Virus record (IMG/VR): IMGVR_UViG_3300045988_149624
Direction: 5' to 3' (one strand)
DNA: 64,000 nucleotides
Source: a virus
Of this stretch, positions 44,963-54,227 are shown in pieces. Numbering within the stretch: the first letter of the stretch is position 1; each line of letters begins with the position of its first letter. The position numbers and the translations under genes were made by a program. Under the pieces are notes generated by a model that was not told where the DNA came from, searched no databases, and saw only the letters and a program-made list of their open reading frames with translations.

Positions 44963-45069
44963 CTACTTAAAAATTTTAAGTAGGCTTATTAAAAGTTTTA
45001 AGTAACTCACTTAATTTTTTTAAAACTATAAATACTTATATAAATACTTATATATAAATACTTATATAC
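44963..45069. repeat. palindromic boxes plus three tandem AAATACTTATAT repeats (operator/iteron-like)
   Basis: CTACTTAAAA-A-TTTTAAGTAG is a palindrome at 44963-44983. A second box, TTAAAAGTTTTAAGTA, lies at 44988-45003. AAATACTTATAT occurs three times in tandem at 45030-45069. Confidence 0.6.
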
Positions 45070-45105
45070 TCACACAAGAAAACTTGTATGAAACTAAATT
45101 TCATT

Positions 45106-45546
45106 TTATTCTTCTTTATTAAAAGTAAACGTATAAATTTTCCCTTCTGTTTCTTTAACTATAGAATCCAAAACTTCTCTTATTTCTTTTTCTTCTTGGT
45201 CTTCCATTTCATCTTGAACTATTATAGGAATAAAAATTTTATAAATATTATTTGTATATTTACTAAGTTTACATTCAAATTTGCTTATTTTTATTAATCC
45301 CAATTCTTCTAAATTTTTAATACATTTTGTAACTGTAGGGATGCTCATATTAATATTTTTAGAAATAGTATTAAGACTAGGAAAGGCATATCCCAGTTCT
45401 CTGTTGTAATTACTACATAGATAACAGTAAACCTTAAATTCGTTTCCGTTGGTTAATTTAAAAATATCATTACTTATTTGTGTAAAATTTCCATCTAACC
45501 TATCGTACCTTCTTAAAGAATATTTAATGCAACCTGCCCTTTTCAT
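45106..45546 (-). CDS. winged-helix DNA-binding protein (replication-initiator/DnaD-like HTH_36 type)
   Basis: ATG 45546 has AAAGGAG 8 nt upstream. FTQISNDIFKL...FKVYCYLCSNYNRELGYAFPSLNTISKNINMSIPTVTKCIKNLEELGLIKISK is the pattern of wHTH replication/regulator proteins of Firmicute phages and plasmids. Confidence 0.6.
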   Translation of the reverse strand: MKRAGCIKYSLRRYDRLDGNFTQISNDIFKLTNGNEFKVYCYLCSNYNRELGYAFPSLNTISKNINMSIPTVTKCIKNLEELGLIKISKFECKLSKYTNNIYKIFIPIIVQDEMEDQEEKEIREVLDSIVKETEGKIYTFTFNKEE

Positions 45547-45571
45547 ATCTATCACTCCTTTCTATACACTT

Positions 45572-45600
45572 ATTATATCATATTTTACTAATGTTGTCAA
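45572..45600 (-). promoter_or_regulatory. early promoter module copy
   Basis: TTGACA (45600-45595), a 17-nt spacer, then TATAAT (45577-45572) with TGA upstream. Confidence 0.75.
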
Positions 45601-45606
45601 GTATTT

Positions 45607-45843
45607 TTATAAAATTTCTTCAAATTCAAATTTATTAAGTGTATTGCTTATAACAGTAAAATATTTATAATCTTCTTCTCCAGTAGCAAGATTTTTTACC
45701 TTTAGCATCTTTTGATAACCTGCATAGTTATCAAGGGTAGAAGATAAAAGAATTTCATCTCCTACTTTTAAGTCTTTAAAAACTTTTGCTTGTGTTCTTT
45801 TCTTAATTTTTGTAACTCTTAATTTTAATTTTAATTCAAGCAT
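45607..45843 (-). CDS. 78-aa hypothetical protein
   Basis: RBS AAAGGAG is present, and it is tightly packed after recU. Confidence 0.5.
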   Translation of the reverse strand: MLELKLKLRVTKIKKRTQAKVFKDLKVGDEILLSSTLDNYAGYQKMLKVKNLATGEEDYKYFTVISNTLNKFEFEEIL

Positions 45844-45846
45844 ACC

Positions 45847-46338
45847 TTACTCCTTTATATATTTTAAAATATCCAAGTCATTAACCTTAATACAGTTATC
45901 TTGTAACCATTTTAAAGGAATACTCTTTCTGTTATAGACTTCTTCAAAATTTAAAAGCAATTTAGCATTAAATAAAAAGATTTCGTTCGTTTGTCTCATT
46001 TCTACAATCATATAAACTCTATCTGTATAGTTTAGATATTCCTCTATTAATTCAAATTGATAAGGTTTTATATTGGATAGAGGGAAAGAGGTGCTATTAT
46101 TACAACTTTTAGCTTCAATAAATACTACTTCTCCATTCTTTAAGCAACCACAATAATCAAGGAAATGAGACTTATCCTTAGGATAAGCCGTAACTATTTT
46201 TCCTTTTGCCCCTCTAATAACTACCCAATCAGTAGGTACTTTAGATATAAAAGCTAATTTATTTTTTCTATATTCATTAAATTTATCTGATAATCTTATT
46301 TCAAAATTTTTACCTATTTTATTACTATTTTTTGCCAT
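45847..46338 (-). CDS. recU: RecU-type Holliday junction resolvase
   Basis: GKNFEIRLSDKFNEYR...ISKVPTDW...FLDYCGCLKNGEVVFIEAKSC...FPLSNIKPYQFELI matches the RecU pattern (DY-G...FEAK...F.l.ni..hQ). Confidence 0.7.
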   Translation of the reverse strand: MAKNSNKIGKNFEIRLSDKFNEYRKNKLAFISKVPTDWVVIRGAKGKIVTAYPKDKSHFLDYCGCLKNGEVVFIEAKSCNNSTSFPLSNIKPYQFELIEEYLNYTDRVYMIVEMRQTNEIFLFNAKLLLNFEEVYNRKSIPLKWLQDNCIKVNDLDILKYIKE

Positions 46339-46651
46339 TAAAATTCTCCGTTTCTTTTAATTCTTTTGATATTTCTTTTATCACTTCAGGGTTTTTCTTT
46401 TCATATATAATACAAAGAATCATCATTACTGCTAAATAACAATGATATATAGGTATAAAGCATTTTAGAATTTCTTTTAAACATGGATTTGCCATCTCTT
46501 TTACGGCTTCCTTTGCTAATTCTTCTGTCATATAAAGTGAAAAAATATCTTTAGAATAAATATTTTTAGATAACTTTACAGTGAATATTTTCAACAAAAC
46601 TAAAGCTATTAACGATACTAAAAGATAAATTAAAAATATTGTTCTTATCAT
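46325..46651 (-). CDS. 108-aa membrane protein
   Basis: ATG 46651 has AAAGGAGAG upstream. The N-terminal TM segment is IRTIFLIYLLVSLIALVLL and a second hydrophobic helix is present. Confidence 0.5.
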   Translation of the reverse strand: MIRTIFLIYLLVSLIALVLLKIFTVKLSKNIYSKDIFSLYMTEELAKEAVKEMANPCLKEILKCFIPIYHCYLAVMMILCIIYEKKNPEVIKEISKELKETENFNGKK

Positions 46652-46652
46652 A

Positions 46653-46964
46653 TTACTCTCCTTTCGCAGCACTTAAAATACAAGTTTTATAATAACCATA
46701 ATCCTTTTTCATCATTATGAACCCCCATGTAAAACCAACTAAGGGAACAAAATGAACAAGAGGTATCATACAAGTAAGGGCTATACTAAAAGTATTCCCA
46801 AAAGATAAGATTAAATCTTTACCTCTTTCTGTTTTTATTAATTCCTCTATAAAGTCTCTATCACTGGCAGTTTTTCTTATAACATATTCTCCTATAAAGA
46901 AACTAACAATACTTATTATTATCCATACAGCTACAAGTACTTTAATTATCACCATTTTTATCAT
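46653..46964 (-). CDS. 103-aa membrane protein
   Basis: An ATGA overlap with the upstream stop suggests coupling. There are 2-3 hydrophobic helices. ATG 46955 is an alternative start. Confidence 0.5.
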   Translation of the reverse strand: MIKMVIIKVLVAVWIIISIVSFFIGEYVIRKTASDRDFIEELIKTERGKDLILSFGNTFSIALTCMIPLVHFVPLVGFTWGFIMMKKDYGYYKTCILSAAKGE

Positions 46965-47536
46965 TCTCCTTTTAAAATATTTTCTATTACTTTATCTATA
47001 TTATTAAAAACCTCTTCTAAAGGTTTATTAGTATCTATTTCATAATCTGTTTTAGGTCTTCTTTCTATAAAATCGAGTTCATCTCTAATTTCTCTATCCA
47101 AAACCTCTTTTACATTGACATTTTCGTCCCTATTTAAGCTTCTAATTAATCTAACTCTAGCATCGCAATTAAGCATAATTGATACTAAATTATCTTTATA
47201 TTGAGATTTATTAAATTGATATAACCCATGAGGATTTAATATTGTCAGTATATAGTCGCCTTTTTCAAACTCTCCTACAACATTTGCATATGTATAAGAT
47301 ACATCTTCTGATTGAATATAATAAGAAGTATATTCAATAACTTCTCCGTTTTTAAATTTTTCGTGCATTTCATCATCAGATATAAAAAAATACTCTACCC
47401 CTTGGGTTTCGTTTGACCTCATAGGTCTTGTAGTATAAGATATTGCTATTGGTATATTATATTTTTCAGATATGTGTTTGGCTACTGTATCTTTTCCAGT
47501 AGCAGATGCTCCTAATAAAACTATTATTTTTTTCAT
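46961..47536 (-). CDS. guanylate-kinase-family nucleotide kinase
   Basis: The P-loop is LLGASATGKDT, followed by SYTTRPMRSNETQGVEYFFISDDEM, which matches the Gmk signature s.TTR.pR.gE.dG.dY.Fvs. Confidence 0.7.
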   Translation of the reverse strand: MKKIIVLLGASATGKDTVAKHISEKYNIPIAISYTTRPMRSNETQGVEYFFISDDEMHEKFKNGEVIEYTSYYIQSEDVSYTYANVVGEFEKGDYILTILNPHGLYQFNKSQYKDNLVSIMLNCDARVRLIRSLNRDENVNVKEVLDREIRDELDFIERRPKTDYEIDTNKPLEEVFNNIDKVIENILKGE

Positions 47537-47550
47537 ATCATCACCCTTTC

Positions 47551-47727
47551 TTAATCATCAACGGTTAATGTATATAATATAAAAGCCAACATTGTGCAAG
47601 TTATTGAAATTATTAGTATATTATCGGAATAAGGAAGTATAGTTGGGAAAAAGATTAATCCCAACGTATAGATTCCTAATAAAATTGCAATTATTAAATA
47701 TATACTTGATAATTTTATTTTCTTCAT
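47551..47727 (-). CDS. 58-aa membrane protein
   Basis: ATG 47727 (MKKIKLSSIYLIIAILLGIY...) has AAAGGA upstream. It has two TM helices. Confidence 0.45.
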   Translation of the reverse strand: MKKIKLSSIYLIIAILLGIYTLGLIFFPTILPYSDNILIISITCTMLAFILYTLTVDD

Positions 47728-47731
47728 ATCT

Positions 47732-48070
47732 TTATCCTTTCTTAACAAATTCATACAACATACATATTAATTCTTCTCCAAGTTCCCAAGAAACATTTAT
47801 TGCAATATAATTTTCTACCTCTTTATTGATTCTACAATTTATACCATCATTTGCTAATAATCTTCTTGCGACTCTACCTAACTCGCCACATATTGCAGTT
47901 TTACTCTCTGTTGCAAAAGGGTGTGACCATAAGCTCATTTCTGTTATAGAAAGAGGCAAAGAGGTATGAGTACTTTTAACTTTTCTAACTTCAATTTTTG
48001 TGACTAAAGTCCACTCGTTTAAATCTATTCCTACGGCTTCGTTAAATACATTTCTTATGCCATAAAACAT
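47732..48070 (-). CDS. 112-aa hypothetical protein
   Basis: RBS AAAGGAGAG is present. No motif was recognised. Confidence 0.5.
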   Translation of the reverse strand: MFYGIRNVFNEAVGIDLNEWTLVTKIEVRKVKSTHTSLPLSITEMSLWSHPFATESKTAICGELGRVARRLLANDGINCRINKEVENYIAINVSWELGEELICMLYEFVKKG

Positions 48071-48072
48071 AT

Positions 48073-48312
48073 TTACTCTCCTTTTAAATTATTGTTATTC
48101 ATATCTTTAAGAATAAATATACTATCTTCGTCTCTTAAAACCGCATATTCTCCTGTATACACTAAGTCTCCACTCTTTTTTAATTTGATATATTTTTCAC
48201 TTCTAAAGAAATGTAGCAATATTCTCCCGTCTTTATCAAAATTAAAGAAACAGCGTTCTCCTATCAATTCTTTAAAGTATTCATGTTTGCTATCTACAAA
48301 TAATAAAACCAT
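48073..48312 (-). CDS. 79-aa hypothetical protein
   Basis: RBS AAAGGAGTGA is present. Confidence 0.5.
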   Translation of the reverse strand: MVLLFVDSKHEYFKELIGERCFFNFDKDGRILLHFFRSEKYIKLKKSGDLVYTGEYAVLRDEDSIFILKDMNNNNLKGE

Positions 48313-48324
48313 AAAATCACTCCT

Positions 48325-48828
48325 TTATATATCTAATAAAACAACCTTATGTTCTTTTAAGGTTTTTGGTACATCTATAATTCTTTGATTAGACGACCCT
48401 CTTAATTTTAAGGTTACATCTTTCTCTTTCATTTCAAATCTTCCATCTATTAATACATCTATATTCTTAAATATTTTTTCTCCATATTTTTTTAATAAGT
48501 CTTCATATAAATATCCAGTCCATACATATATCTTTATAGAATTGTCAAATGTTTTAATCTCATTTATTATAGTTGTTACTTCTTTTATATTATTAGAATG
48601 TAACGGCTCTCCACCTAAAATACTGAAATTTCTTTTTATTCCATTAGCAGTTAATGAACGTTTAATATATTGTAATTCTCTACCACCAAAAGGCTTTCCA
48701 CCATTAAAATTCCAAGCTTCTTTATTAAAGCAATCTGGACATTTCCCCTCACATCCTTGAACAAATAATGAAACACAAACTCCTTCTCCATTTATTGAGT
48801 CATTAGGTTTAATACTTGAATATCTCAT
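48325..48828 (-). CDS. nrdG: anaerobic ribonucleotide reductase activating protein (radical SAM)
   Basis: GEGVCVSLFVQGCEGKCPDCFNKEAW carries the NrdG Cys cluster, and GGEPL is present. It lies immediately downstream of nrdD. Confidence 0.85.
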   Translation of the reverse strand: MRYSSIKPNDSINGEGVCVSLFVQGCEGKCPDCFNKEAWNFNGGKPFGGRELQYIKRSLTANGIKRNFSILGGEPLHSNNIKEVTTIINEIKTFDNSIKIYVWTGYLYEDLLKKYGEKIFKNIDVLIDGRFEMKEKDVTLKLRGSSNQRIIDVPKTLKEHKVVLLDI

Positions 48829-48865
48829 TTTATCACCTCCTTAGAAGGGACGAATCCCTTCTAAT

Positions 48866-51052
48866 TTATAAATGTTTAACTCTATTTAATATATCCAATA
48901 CTCTTCCCTTAGTCCATTGATTTTCTCCAAGATAGCCACAAGTTCTTCTTACAACAGAAAGTTTATTTTGATTGCTATTATGACATTGAGGACACACCCA
49001 TATATCGTTATCTAAATCATACTCCATAACTCCCCTATAATGGCACTCTCCACAAACATCAGATTCAAAATTTACTTCTGCATATATATTATGAAGATAC
49101 ATAAAATCAACTAATTGCTCTAATGCTTTTGGATTTTTGCTCATATTATAAGTTTCTACATATGACACAACTCCACCTAATGAATGGTCTTGTAGAGTTC
49201 CTTCTAATTCTAGTTTGCTAAAGGCATCAATTTCTTCCCTAACATCTACATGATAAGAATTTGTAATAAAACCTTTATCTGTTATATCTTTTATTTCTCC
49301 GAACTGTTGTTTAATTTTATTAGCGAATAATCCACCTGTTGATTCTTGAGGACTTCCATATAAAGCAAATAATAAGCCTGTTTCCTCTTTCCATTCTTTT
49401 ACTTTGTTTTCTAAATGTTTCATTATTTCTAATGCTAATACATATCCTTTATATGTTGTATGTGATTCCCCTGTAAGATATTTAACTGTTTCATATATTC
49501 CACTATATCCTAAAGATACTGTAAAATTTTTCTTTATAGTTGGAAGAACTTCATCTTCAGGATTTAATCTTGCAAATACTCCATGTTGCCACAAGATAGG
49601 AGCGACACTTGCTTTAACCCCTTTAAACTTATCATATCTTAATATACCCATTCTTTTACATAAGTCTAATTTTTCATCTAATATTTTCCAAAATTCATCT
49701 ATATCTCCATTGGAAAGTATAGCTATATAAGGTAAATTTATTGTTTGGACTCCAACATTACCTCTACCATAAAAGAAAGGTTTTCCTTTTTCATCAAATA
49801 TAGGAGATAAGAAGGAGCGACATCCCATGCATGGAAAGGCATATCCGTATTTTTCTTTCATTTTTTTTACAGAAATATAATCCGGAGCCATTCTTAAAGA
49901 TGTAGATTTAATTGCTAATTGTTTTAAATAATAATATTCAGAAGTAGGGTACATATTATCTTCATCTAAAAAGAATAATAATTTAGGGAAAGTGGGTGTG
50001 CTTTTAACCCCAAATTCATTTTCCATTCCTTCTATTCTTTGATTTAAAAATTCTTCAATTAACATAGCAGTTTCTTTTTTATATTCAGGGTTTTCATCTA
50101 AATACATACAAAGAGATATAAATGGAGACTGTCCATTAGTGGAATTCATTGTAGATATTTGATAATTAAATGTCTGTACGCTATCTTTGATTTCTTTTTT
50201 TAATCTTTTTTCTACTATTTTATTAATTTCATCATCAGATAAAACTTTATGTATTAAATTCATTTCTTCTAAAAGTTCTTCTTTTATTTTTTTTTCACTT
50301 ACTCTAACATAAGGTGCTAAATGGGATAAACTCATTGTTTGCCCTCCATAAGTGAAAGAACTTATCTGTGTAGCTATTTGTGTTGCTAACGTACTAGCAG
50401 TTCTTAGAGATTTCGGAGTTCTTATTAGCTTTTTATTTATTACTGTTCCTTCTTCAAACATCTTATCTAATGGTACAAGTTCGCAATTTGAGATATTTTG
50501 TACATAATAATCCAAATCATGTATATGAATGACACCTTCATCATGTGCCTTTACTATATCTTGAGGTATCATTTGTGTTTTTGCTATATACTTACTTATT
50601 TCACCTGCAATTAAATCTCTTTGAGTACTAACTATTTGCCCTTGTTTATTAGAGTTTTCTGTTAAAACCTCTTTATTAGAATAATCTATTAAACCTAAAA
50701 CACTTTTATCTAATGGATGTTGATTTCTAATTCTGTTTCTCTCTGCTCTGTAAAGTATATAGGCTTTTGCAGTATTCTTTAATCCTCTTTCCATAAGTTT
50801 AAATTCAACTAAATCCTGTATATCTTCTATTCCTATATATTCATCATCAATTTCTTCACAAACATCATCTGCTACCAATTTTGATAAAGCCACTATTTGT
50901 GAGTTTTTACATTCCTTTGTCTCAACTAATGCTTTTCTTATAGCTACCTCAATTTTTTCTTTATCAAATTCTTCAATAGAACCATTTCTTTTAATCACAA
51001 ACATTGATAATTTCATTTCCTTTCTACTTATTTTATTTATTTTAGCCTTCAT
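48866..51052 (-). CDS. nrdD: anaerobic ribonucleoside-triphosphate reductase (class III)
   Basis: An ATP-cone (VIKRNGSIEEFDKEKIEVAIRKAL) is present. The C-terminal Zn motif is CGECHY...CPQCHN and the glycyl-radical motif is RRTCGYLG. ATG 51052 is preferred because GGTGGAG lies upstream; 51070 is possible. Confidence 0.9.
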   Translation of the reverse strand: MKAKINKISRKEMKLSMFVIKRNGSIEEFDKEKIEVAIRKALVETKECKNSQIVALSKLVADDVCEEIDDEYIGIEDIQDLVEFKLMERGLKNTAKAYILYRAERNRIRNQHPLDKSVLGLIDYSNKEVLTENSNKQGQIVSTQRDLIAGEISKYIAKTQMIPQDIVKAHDEGVIHIHDLDYYVQNISNCELVPLDKMFEEGTVINKKLIRTPKSLRTASTLATQIATQISSFTYGGQTMSLSHLAPYVRVSEKKIKEELLEEMNLIHKVLSDDEINKIVEKRLKKEIKDSVQTFNYQISTMNSTNGQSPFISLCMYLDENPEYKKETAMLIEEFLNQRIEGMENEFGVKSTPTFPKLLFFLDEDNMYPTSEYYYLKQLAIKSTSLRMAPDYISVKKMKEKYGYAFPCMGCRSFLSPIFDEKGKPFFYGRGNVGVQTINLPYIAILSNGDIDEFWKILDEKLDLCKRMGILRYDKFKGVKASVAPILWQHGVFARLNPEDEVLPTIKKNFTVSLGYSGIYETVKYLTGESHTTYKGYVLALEIMKHLENKVKEWKEETGLLFALYGSPQESTGGLFANKIKQQFGEIKDITDKGFITNSYHVDVREEIDAFSKLELEGTLQDHSLGGVVSYVETYNMSKNPKALEQLVDFMYLHNIYAEVNFESDVCGECHYRGVMEYDLDNDIWVCPQCHNSNQNKLSVVRRTCGYLGENQWTKGRVLDILNRVKHL

Positions 51053-51308
51053 ATTTCTCCACCAATTCATCGAAGTCCCTCTCTAAAATGTCATAATTTC
51101 CTTTTAACTCGTCATAATCTTCTTTCAGTCTATCATAATTCCATTTTAAGTCATCATACCTTTCCTCCAATTCACCATGTACTTCTTCTAAAGATTGCAT
51201 TTCATAACTTAAATCTATATAGTCTTTCTCCATCTCTTTGTATTCGTCTAATTCAATATATAGCTCATTAAGTTTTTCTAATAGCTGCTCTCTTGATAAT
51301 CCGTTCAT
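51042..51308 (-). CDS. 88-aa acidic coiled-coil protein
   Basis: Heptad-like ERYDDLKWNYDRLKEDYDELKGNYDILERDFDELVEKY is present. It is the first gene after the promoter at 51332. Confidence 0.55.
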   Translation of the reverse strand: MNGLSREQLLEKLNELYIELDEYKEMEKDYIDLSYEMQSLEEVHGELEERYDDLKWNYDRLKEDYDELKGNYDILERDFDELVEKYEG

Positions 51309-51331
51309 ATCATCACCCTTTCTATATTTAT

Positions 51332-51360
51332 ATTATACCATATTTTAATAATGTTGTCAA
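51332..51360 (-). promoter_or_regulatory. early promoter module copy
   Basis: TTGACA (51360-51355), a 17-nt spacer, then TATAAT (51337-51332) with TGG upstream. The -35 box overlaps the methyltransferase stop codon (51357-51359). Confidence 0.75.
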
Positions 51361-52220
51361 CTATTTTTTATATTTGTTATTAATACTTCTTTGATACTTT
51401 TAACGCCTTTTCTATTTTGACCTGTCCCTGTTGTGTTAGATAATTCTATTACTTGATAATCATTCTTATTGATTATATCATTTAGCTCTTTATACATAAC
51501 ACCATCTCTTTCAAGATAATTAAAATATATAAAATCACATTTATTTTCATCTAATAGAGTTAGTAAATAATCATTATGTTTTTTGCTAAAGTCCATATTA
51601 TACATTTCATCCATTAAAATATATGGCGGATCTAATATAAATAAATCTTTCTCATTAGGAGAAATATTTAATATGTCTTCTGTAAAAAATTCATAATTAT
51701 TTTTATTTAATTCTATATTCAAATCATTTAATCCATTTACTATTATTTTCTTCATAGTATCTGTAAAAAATTCAGTCTTTTTACCCAATCCTCTAAATCC
51801 TTGGTTAAATTCTCCTTTAGAATTAAATCTAACCATAGAATTACTACACATTTTTAATAATAAGGCTGTTTCATATATAAAAGCATCATCAAACCTGTTA
51901 TTTTTATATTTTTTATTCCAGTATTCTCTAAAGTTATAATAATCCTCTTTGCTACTAAATCTATTCCATTGATTCAATGTAATTTCAATTTGATGTATAT
52001 TAAAATTATCTATAACTCTAATACGTTCATATATATATGGTAATAACCTATTTTTATCATTTCCAATAAATCTATTAGCAGTACATTCTAAATTTAAAAG
52101 TATATTCCCTGACCCCATAAAACAATCTACAACATCATTATACTTTTTATCTCTTACTAAATCATTTATTGTCCCTATATATTTATATTTATTCCCTACC
52201 CAATTAAACGGTGATTTCAT
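51357..52220 (-). CDS. N6-adenine DNA methyltransferase (D12/Dam class)
   Basis: ATG 52220 has AGGAGGA upstream. FNWVGNKYKY matches the D12-class N-terminal motif. FMGSGN is the SAM-binding motif and LDPPY the catalytic motif. Target specificity cannot be read from the sequence. Confidence 0.8.
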   Translation of the reverse strand: MKSPFNWVGNKYKYIGTINDLVRDKKYNDVVDCFMGSGNILLNLECTANRFIGNDKNRLLPYIYERIRVIDNFNIHQIEITLNQWNRFSSKEDYYNFREYWNKKYKNNRFDDAFIYETALLLKMCSNSMVRFNSKGEFNQGFRGLGKKTEFFTDTMKKIIVNGLNDLNIELNKNNYEFFTEDILNISPNEKDLFILDPPYILMDEMYNMDFSKKHNDYLLTLLDENKCDFIYFNYLERDGVMYKELNDIINKNDYQVIELSNTTGTGQNRKGVKSIKEVLITNIKNS

Positions 52221-52287
52221 AGTAAGTCCTCCTATTAACATTATATTTATTTTTATAATATAATTTATCACCTCCTTTCTTATTTAT

Positions 52288-52316
52288 ATTATATCATAAA
52301 TTAATACTATTGTCAA
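52288..52316 (-). promoter_or_regulatory. early promoter module copy
   Basis: TTGACA (52316-52311), a 17-nt spacer, then TATAAT (52293-52288) with TGA upstream. Confidence 0.75.
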
Positions 52317-52318
52317 CC

Positions 52319-54199
52319 CTAAATAACAAAACAATTATTTTTCTTATTTATGATTCCTATTTTTTTACTTATCCCACTAAATAAGAAATCCTCTTCTGCC
52401 GTAAATTTTAGTTGAGCCTTTGCATCCTCTGAGCCGTGATGAACGAATATTCTACTACAATTCATACCTTTCATATAAGAAATTAATTCTTTTCTTTGTA
52501 TATGTCCCGTAAAGCTATTATATACATTAACTTCACATCTTATAGGAACGCTCTTATTCTCTATTGTTACAGATTTAGCACCTCTTTGAATTTTGCCACC
52601 TAGAGTCCTGTCAGAACAATATCCTATAAAACATATGCAATCTTGTTTTCTAGGAAGAATATGTTTAGCATATGCAACAGAATGCCCACCTGCCAACATA
52701 CCTGAAGAAGATATTATAACACAAGGATTCTTCGTTTGTCTTGCCATCAATTCTGTTTTCTTATATTCATCAATAAATATGAAATTATCCCAAGACACTA
52801 CTTCTTTCCAACGGTTTAATAATTCTCCTTGTAGCGTCTTTTCGTATACTTTATTAATCTCATTTGTTAACCTTGAATCTACTATAACTTTAATATTTTT
52901 AAATTCTTCTTCATCTTTAAAAGTATGATACAATAAATCCATTATAGACTGACTTCTGTCAAAGCTAAAACAAGGTATAAGTATTCTATTTCCTTTATAA
53001 GTAACTTCTCTAATCTTATTAAGCAACCCTTCTACATCTTTTTCTACATCCTTTTTTGAAAACCCTCTATCTCCATAAGTACTTTCAAAGATTGCGATAT
53101 TTGCCTTAGAAACATTTCTTCTTTCATCACAATAAGGTTTATACTGTTGATTATAGCTAGAACCTAAATCAGATGAATAAAATATTTTTACTATTCGACC
53201 ACTTGGCTTTTTAATAAATATCTCTAAGGAAGTGCTACCAAAACAATGGTTATTAGAAACAAACCTAAAAGATAAATTAGAATTAATTTTATGCATTACT
53301 TCCTTATCATATATTTTAATTTTATCTAAAATTCTAAATACATCAGATTCGTCATATAACATTTCGTATTTTTTACCTTTGTTATTCATACTTATTATGT
53401 TTCTTTTTTGTATAAAAGCCGAGTCAAGCAACATAGGACTTAATAGTTGAGCAGTTTCATAAGTAGTAACAACATTTCCGTCAAACCCTCTTGTAATCCC
53501 ACTAGGTATATTGGCAACATGATCAGCATGACAATGACATACAAATATATTACTTGCTAGATTAAAAGGTATGTTATCTACCATTTTTTTATTGGCATTA
53601 AAATCTTCTACCATTCTATTTGTTTGTATACTTCCACACTCTAACAGAATTAGGTCTCTTCCTCCGTTATCTAATGGATATTCTATGGCAAAACATGAAC
53701 CTGTAACATCTTCTGTTGAGCCACCTAAAGAAGTAATAATTATTTTATTTTTATATTTTTTGTTATTAGCAAAATGATGCTTGAATTTTTTCTTTTCAAC
53801 TATCATTAAATTTTCTTTTCTATTGTCCAATATATTTCCGTTTACATATTCAATTTTATTATCTGTATCCATTAAAAGGCTAGGCAAATCAAATGTATAT
53901 CTATCTGTAGAACCAACTATATGTTTGCCTACCTTTTTCCAAACCACATTCTTTACTATATCTATATCTTCAATATCTATTAAGATTTTTTCTTCTATCT
54001 CTTCTTGATAAATATCGTATAGAACAATTTCTGCATAATCATTGTGGATTCTAATTTCATTAGGTTCATTTTCTGTTCTATCACTTGTTGTTATACAGAA
54101 CCCAAATTCATTATATTCATTTAAATGTTTGGCGCATAACATCTTTTTATTTTTATGTTTTAACTCTCTTCCACAAACTTTACATACTAATTTGTTCAT
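52319..54199 (-). CDS. fusion of a degenerate HNH_3-like module with a metallo-beta-lactamase / beta-CASP nuclease
   Basis: The N-terminus has CKVCGRE...CAKH and IEYVNGNILDNRKENLMIV, which is HNH_3-like but has Y where the catalytic H is expected. The MBL motif is VCHCHADH (about nt 53520-53545). The beta-CASP end motifs are FTGHIQRKELISY and FVHHGSEDA. Confidence 0.7.
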   Translation of the reverse strand: MNKLVCKVCGRELKHKNKKMLCAKHLNEYNEFGFCITTSDRTENEPNEIRIHNDYAEIVLYDIYQEEIEEKILIDIEDIDIVKNVVWKKVGKHIVGSTDRYTFDLPSLLMDTDNKIEYVNGNILDNRKENLMIVEKKKFKHHFANNKKYKNKIIITSLGGSTEDVTGSCFAIEYPLDNGGRDLILLECGSIQTNRMVEDFNANKKMVDNIPFNLASNIFVCHCHADHVANIPSGITRGFDGNVVTTYETAQLLSPMLLDSAFIQKRNIISMNNKGKKYEMLYDESDVFRILDKIKIYDKEVMHKINSNLSFRFVSNNHCFGSTSLEIFIKKPSGRIVKIFYSSDLGSSYNQQYKPYCDERRNVSKANIAIFESTYGDRGFSKKDVEKDVEGLLNKIREVTYKGNRILIPCFSFDRSQSIMDLLYHTFKDEEEFKNIKVIVDSRLTNEINKVYEKTLQGELLNRWKEVVSWDNFIFIDEYKKTELMARQTKNPCVIISSSGMLAGGHSVAYAKHILPRKQDCICFIGYCSDRTLGGKIQRGAKSVTIENKSVPIRCEVNVYNSFTGHIQRKELISYMKGMNCSRIFVHHGSEDAKAQLKFTAEEDFLFSGISKKIGIINKKNNCFVI

Positions 54200-54227
54200 A
54201 TAATTATCAACTCTTTCTTATTTATAT

